From Diplonema japonicum (Eukaryota; Protista; Euglenozoa: Diplonemea), in assembly GCA_964019335.1 (NCBI GenBank), contig OZ025670.1:434001-498000 (forward strand): a stretch of 64,000 nucleotides of DNA, in the 5' to 3' direction. The stretch's first letter is position 1. Every line of letters begins with the position of its first letter. This document shows, one piece after another, positions 59,023 to 64,000 of this stretch. The translations under genes and the position numbers were made by a program. Below the pieces are notes generated by a model that saw only the letters and a program-made list of their open reading frames with translations, was not told the DNA's origin and did not search any database.

Positions 59023-60087
59023 ATGCAGGAAGAGGTAGAAAACACCAAAGCAGGAGAGATGCAAGACACTAACGAGGAAGAGACGAAGACAGAGGGGATA
59101 ACTGAAACTAAAGAAACAGTTTCTGACGAAGCGGAGGTGACTGACACCAAAGAACAAGAGGTGCACAACGAGGAAGCTAAAGCAGAAGAGATTCCTGAAA
59201 CTAAAGAAGATCTAATTTCCGACGAGGCAGAGGCACCAGACACCAAAGAAGAGGTGCAAAATACCGAGGACACAACAGAGGAGGTACCTGAAACACAAGA
59301 AGTTGCAGCAGCCAACGAAACCCCAGACAGCAAAGCGGAAGAATGCGAGGTGTCTGACAAGGGGGAAGCAACGCAACAGAGTACAGAGACAAAAGAAAAT
59401 GAAACACCGGAGAAGGAAGAAGAGATACTAGAAGCCAAGGTGGAAGAAGAAACATCCAAGACTGCTGATGATACGAAAGTACGGGAAGAAGAACAAGCCT
59501 TGAAAACGGAAGATACGGAGAGCACGGCAAAGGAGGAAGAACGACCGCAAGCCGCCGAAGCAGCCACACCTGCTTTAGAGGCAAAATCCGAGAAAATAGA
59601 AGCACCTGTTGAGTCAAAGGAGGTATCTGAGGACCCGAAGACACCTAGACAAACCCCCGAGGTATGGCACGCACATTGTTGCTACCACATGACAGGGCAT
59701 TAAACGGCACCCCATTGATGCTGCGACGAGGGCTATGAACGACACGGAGGCATATGACAAGGCTGTGTCCGTGCAGAACCGCACCCTCTCAGCCCTCATC
59801 ACTACCACTTCGAGGCTCAACACCTTTAATAAAGCGTCAGAGGTATTTACACCCTCCCCTTTTTTTTCACCCACCTCCCAAAACAGAACCACCTACCTGT
59901 CATGAAAGCAAAATTTGAAAAACACTCCACAATGATGCTTGGCCTGGGGAAGGACCTTCAGAATATCGACGCGATGCTTCAGGTATGGAGGCAACAGCAC
60001 ACACACACACACACACACACACAGAATATCCGTCACCGGTTGGTGTCTCTCGGTGGGAAGGCTCCCGAAGAGAGGGAAGAGGACTGA
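59023..60087 (+). CDS. KxDL-domain protein (KXD1/BORCS4-like) with long acidic N-terminal extension; introns 59662-59695, 59843-59886, 59983-60024
   Basis: Spliced C-terminus QNRTLSAL..TTSRLNTFN..SE...KFEKHSTMM..LGKDLQNI...NIRHRL. Confidence 0.7.
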
Positions 60088-60126
60088 TTGGAACTTTGAC
60101 AGTGTTGCCCTCCGTGTTTTTCTTTT

Positions 60127-61478
60127 TTGTTTTCTTCTTCCCTCTGTTTCTTGTCCGGTCTTAGCATTCCTTCTTTGAATGAACATGTTGGCTTACTGCA
60201 CACAGGGTGGTTCGAAATGCAGAACAAGTCTGTCTATGAAGTGTTTGGTGCGCAAGGTACGTTGAGCGAGATAGGTGCAAGCCACGTGAAGATGACACGG
60301 AGGACGTACGATAAGGTGGTTCGCGGAAGCGTGCTAACCTGCGAAGGTGACTTGACCCGGCTGATGCTGCCGAAGTCAAGTAAAGTGCCTTGCTTACGAT
60401 TGCAACATCCTGTTTTAGCTTTTCAGCTGTACACTCCAGTAGGGCTGTCTTGCTTAGAGGTGATTGTCGAAGACACAGGCCCCATCCCTTCGCGTAAAAA
60501 AATAAGTTTCGGAACCCATCGAAAGAAGGCCACGTACAAGAATGACGTCGCAAAGCTTCCTCTCACCCTTCCTACTAACTCTTGGGTGCTTATTTGTATA
60601 AACTTGGTATCTCCTCTTCCCCTTCTTTATTATCAACACAGCCGTGTTTGCTGGCAAAGTGTTTTGGGCCATCATGTGAGTTCAAATCGATAGAGCGGCT
60701 CTCCCTCGGGTCGTGGTGCAGTCTCAAACGGATACTTGCCCTCAAGGTAAATGGAATGGAGGAAAAAAAAAAAAAAGAAAAAAGAAAAAAAAAACAGAAC
60801 CCTATACCTCCTTCCTACGAGCCTGGCGACGGATTTCTACCAAAATCATTAGATTTCCCAGCAGGCGTATCATGTCAGGTTGTGCAACTGCCGCATAATT
60901 CGTTGTACGTGTATCCTATCCAAGATGTGGGTGAGTGTGGAGATGCGATCGATGAGTTTGTAGAGGTATGTTGGTCTGTGTTAAAACAACGGGAGGCACA
61001 GGACAACGATTTGCGGATACAGCCGGCACCGATAGCAGTAAAGGGCCCACCTCCAGAGAGCAGCACCATAACGATACATCCCTACATCCCCTCGCCGTTG
61101 GTGCTGAGAAGTGAACCACTCAGGAGAGCGGAGTCAACACCTCATACCCACAGACATGACAGATACGGGCCTTTCAACTACCCCCATCACTCGGCAGACG
61201 CTGACCTGAGAAGGCCAGCCTCTGCTTGTGGTAAGCCAGTTATACGGCAGCACCCCCCTGTAGAACGAGAATCCCATGACCTATTCGGCGGCTGGCTTGA
61301 GGACCCACCCCTCAAGCCTTCCATCTGCAACTTCTCCATAAAAGACTGGTCTAAGAAACCCCAACCCCGTTCTGACCACGATGACGATCTGCAGTGGTGC
61401 GACCACTACTGGGGCTGCCATGACCGGTGGTCCGCCGATACCCTTTCGTACCCACAAAGCGAGTCTTGTACCGAATAA
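60127..61478 (+). CDS. CFA20 (DUF667)-domain protein, CFAP20DC-like; start uncertain; introns 60607-60641 and probably ~60747-60798
   Basis: VYEVFGAQG, YDKVVRGSVL, LRLQHPVLAFQL, LEVIVED, W...CINL, FKSIERLSL..CSLKRI. Confidence 0.7.
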
Positions 61479-61618
61479 CTTTTCTTTTATTACTACCAGT
61501 GCGCTTCTTTTATAAGGACACCTCTTGGTAGTGTTTCCATTCCACTACACCGTTTAAAAGATTATTTCGTGGTATTTTATTCAAAGCGAGTGCAAAAGAA
61601 AGTAAGTCCATCTCAGGA

Positions 61619-63622
61619 ATGAGCAAAGCTAGTTTGAGATCGTTGAGCCCTTCGGGGTCTTCATCGCTGGGCTCTGCTGGGTCGCTGCTGTCGGGCACTG
61701 AGTCGCAGAGCGTGTCGCTGTCGTTGGTATCTGGTGATGATAACCCGTCGGAGAGCCTTTCGTCTACTACGGAACAAGAGGCGAAGCCGCGGGTGATGAC
61801 AGGTGTCGAGTTCGAGAAGGTGTGCCGTCAGGAGAAACAAAACGTTGTCCCGGTGCCGCAACAGCACAAGAGCAAAAAAAAGCGACGTATGAAAACCCCT
61901 GTGAGTAGACGACAGACGCAAGTGACCAAGATGTACACTACGCCTAGGACACAGACTTACAAGCAGCCTTCCCTTCAGAATTCTCAGCCCGAGCTAAAGA
62001 GCACAGTGAGTAAAGCCCTAGCACAGCGTAACGTGCTGCAAAGAAGGCATCTCCCCCAGCACGTACACGAGCAGGGCAACGTGGAACGCTATTACATGGA
62101 TCTCAACCATGCTCTGAACGAGCGAAAGGCTTTAGAGGAGGCGGTGGGTGAACTCAGGAGCAAGATGGCAGAAACAGAGGCGAAGCACACACGGCAACAG
62201 AGACAGACGGAAGAACTTCTGCATGCATCAGCAGCTATTTCAGGTAATAAAAACAGCGACAGGCGAAAGCAGCTTTTGACGGAACAGCAAGCACTCCAAG
62301 AGTTGAAAGAGGCTATGCGGGTTCTCGGGGAACAGATCGGCAGCAAGAAGACGGAGCTCAACAGAGTAAAGCAGGTGTCTAAGGCGACGCACGTCAAAGA
62401 GCTTGAACGGCGTGTGAAGGTTTACTTCGTGGAAATGGAGCAACTGCAGAGGCAGATCGAAGAAGCGGACGCAGATCCATTACTTAACAAGTCGAGGGAA
62501 GAGCTTCGCGAGTCGCAAAGCCTGCTGAAGTACAAGGAGGAGATGATGGAGAAGGCAGAAAACAAGCTCGGAATGTTGCGCAAACAGGAACTAGAACTGC
62601 AGAGGGGCATGGAGACACTCAAGAATGAGCTTATTAAGGAACACCAGGACACAGGAGAACTGCACCTGAAGCTCGGCGAAGAACGGCAGAAGCTAAGCCA
62701 TGACGTGAACAAGGTGCCGCTAGAACTGGAAAGAACACGTGCAGAAGTGCAAGCAGCAGAGGCACAGAAGATCATTACAGATGCCAACTTCGAGCGTGCA
62801 AAGTACCAGTTTCAGTTGAGCATGACACAGCTTGAAGCATCCGAGGCGGATATGCAGGGCAAGGTGGAGCGCTATAAAGCGAAGAAAGAGGCCCAAGACA
62901 CAAGGCTCAAGGAAGTCACAACGATACTACAAGACACCAGGGACGATCTGGCAAAAGCAGAGCAAGAGTTGGTGCGAAAGCACGACACCTTGCAGACCGA
63001 AGTTCAGAAACGATTGGCTGAAAGAGAGCAAGAAATAGTATGGAGCAATACCACAACACGATACCACCACAGGTCAGAGCACACGAAGAGAAGATGAAGC
63101 AGATTGCCGAGGAAAAAGAGAACTTAGAACACGAGATACGTGAAGAAGACGACAGAGCAGAGTTGCAGAGAAATCGGCAGGAGGCTGAGCTGGAGGACAT
63201 TACGTTGAGTTACGACGAGAGACAGAAGATGCTGCTTGAGAGGCTTCCTGTGAAGACGTACACGGCACCTAAGGCACAAGGCACAGTATGTGGTGTTGAC
63301 GTGATGGCAACACTTACAGAACGAGCAGAAGCGGATCCAGCAGCTAGAGGACGAGAAAGATATGTTAACGAAGGAGCTAGCTATTCTGAAACGAGCTGAG
63401 CGGACGGAGTACACAGTGAAAGTAGAGTGCTCGTCTCCTGTCTTCGAAGATGAAGACAGCAGCCAGCTTTCAGAAGACAGCCCGCGTGCGGAGACATCTT
63501 CAGAAGTCACCCGTGTCCAAGCCGACCAGCACGGCGATGACGAAGATGAAGGTGCAGAGTCCCTCTGCAGGGGCGCAGGCGGTACCTATCTTGGAAAAGG
63601 GTCTGACTCTGAGGACGAGTAG
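61619..63622 (+). CDS. Coiled-coil protein, IQCE/lebercilin-like; introns 63038-63072, 63286-63319
   Basis: Heptads; K.T...ELE....YF.E...LQ motif reminiscent of IQCE; introns join three ORFs in frame. Confidence 0.6.
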
Positions 63623-63690
63623 CAATACTTGACCATACCTGTAGCAATACTGTGTTTGCCTCGCTTACCCTTCACACCAACCTGCAGACC

Positions 63691-64000
63691 ATGAATGAAT
63701 ATGTATCCGAGATTACGAGTAAGCCCCGGTGTGTCTTTGGGTCCAATGAAGAGCTAAGCAGTGTCATCGAGAAGGTGAAGCAAGCAGGATTCCCCAGCTA
63801 CGCGTTCGTTGTGGACGGTGATCAGCTGCGTGGGTACATAAAAGTAGTGGAACTGTGGCGGGAAGAAAGCGGAGTTGTGGGCGATATCTTAAAGGAATAC
63901 GAACCTGAACATGTGAAGAGGGTATATACCGGGATGACGGTGAAAGAGTTTGTTTGGGGAATGGCCCCGTTCCCGCCGGCACCGTTGCCGGTTTTGGACG
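63691..64000 (+). CDS. CBS-domain-like protein, 3' partial (absent from the ORF track)
   Basis: Open frame MNEYVSEITSKPRCVFGSNEELSSVIEKV...YAFVVDGDQLRGYIKVVEL...PLPVLD runs to the window end after a CAG acceptor. Confidence 0.55.
   Translation, partial: MNEYVSEITSKPRCVFGSNEELSSVIEKVKQAGFPSYAFVVDGDQLRGYIKVVELWREESGVVGDILKEYEPEHVKRVYTGMTVKEFVWGMAPFPPAPLPVLD

Overview
Eukaryotic (protist) genomic DNA. All ~26 credible genes lie on the + strand, many are split by very short (mostly 31-66 nt) GT-AG introns with a GTATG-type donor, and intergenic DNA is full of A/T/C/G homopolymer tracts. This organisation suggests a euglenozoan such as a diplonemid (inference). The main find is a ~14.5 kb gene (35565-50060) that the ORF track shows as five pieces. 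Removing 7 short introns joins them in frame into one ~4750-aa megasynthase: two ThDP-enzyme-like units, acyl-CoA-ligase-type A, KR, ACPx2, KS, AT, KR, ACPx3 and a Pls/PosA-like (epsilon-poly-lysine-synthetase-type) membrane terminal domain. It has no TE, C, DH or ER domain. An Sfp-type phosphopantetheinyl transferase, a DUF985 cupin and a large multidomain fusion lie just upstream, forming a candidate protist biosynthetic cluster. The cluster is bracketed on both sides by a decayed non-LTR retroelement 3' end followed by a paralogous small membrane-protein gene. Other items: a mosaic tandem pair of uL1(RPL10A)-domain genes, several probable pseudoenzymes, and ordinary genes (kbl/GCAT, IPPK, GRWD1/RRB1, KXD1, CFA20-domain, Kelch, F-box). 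All calls come from motif reading by eye, not database searches.
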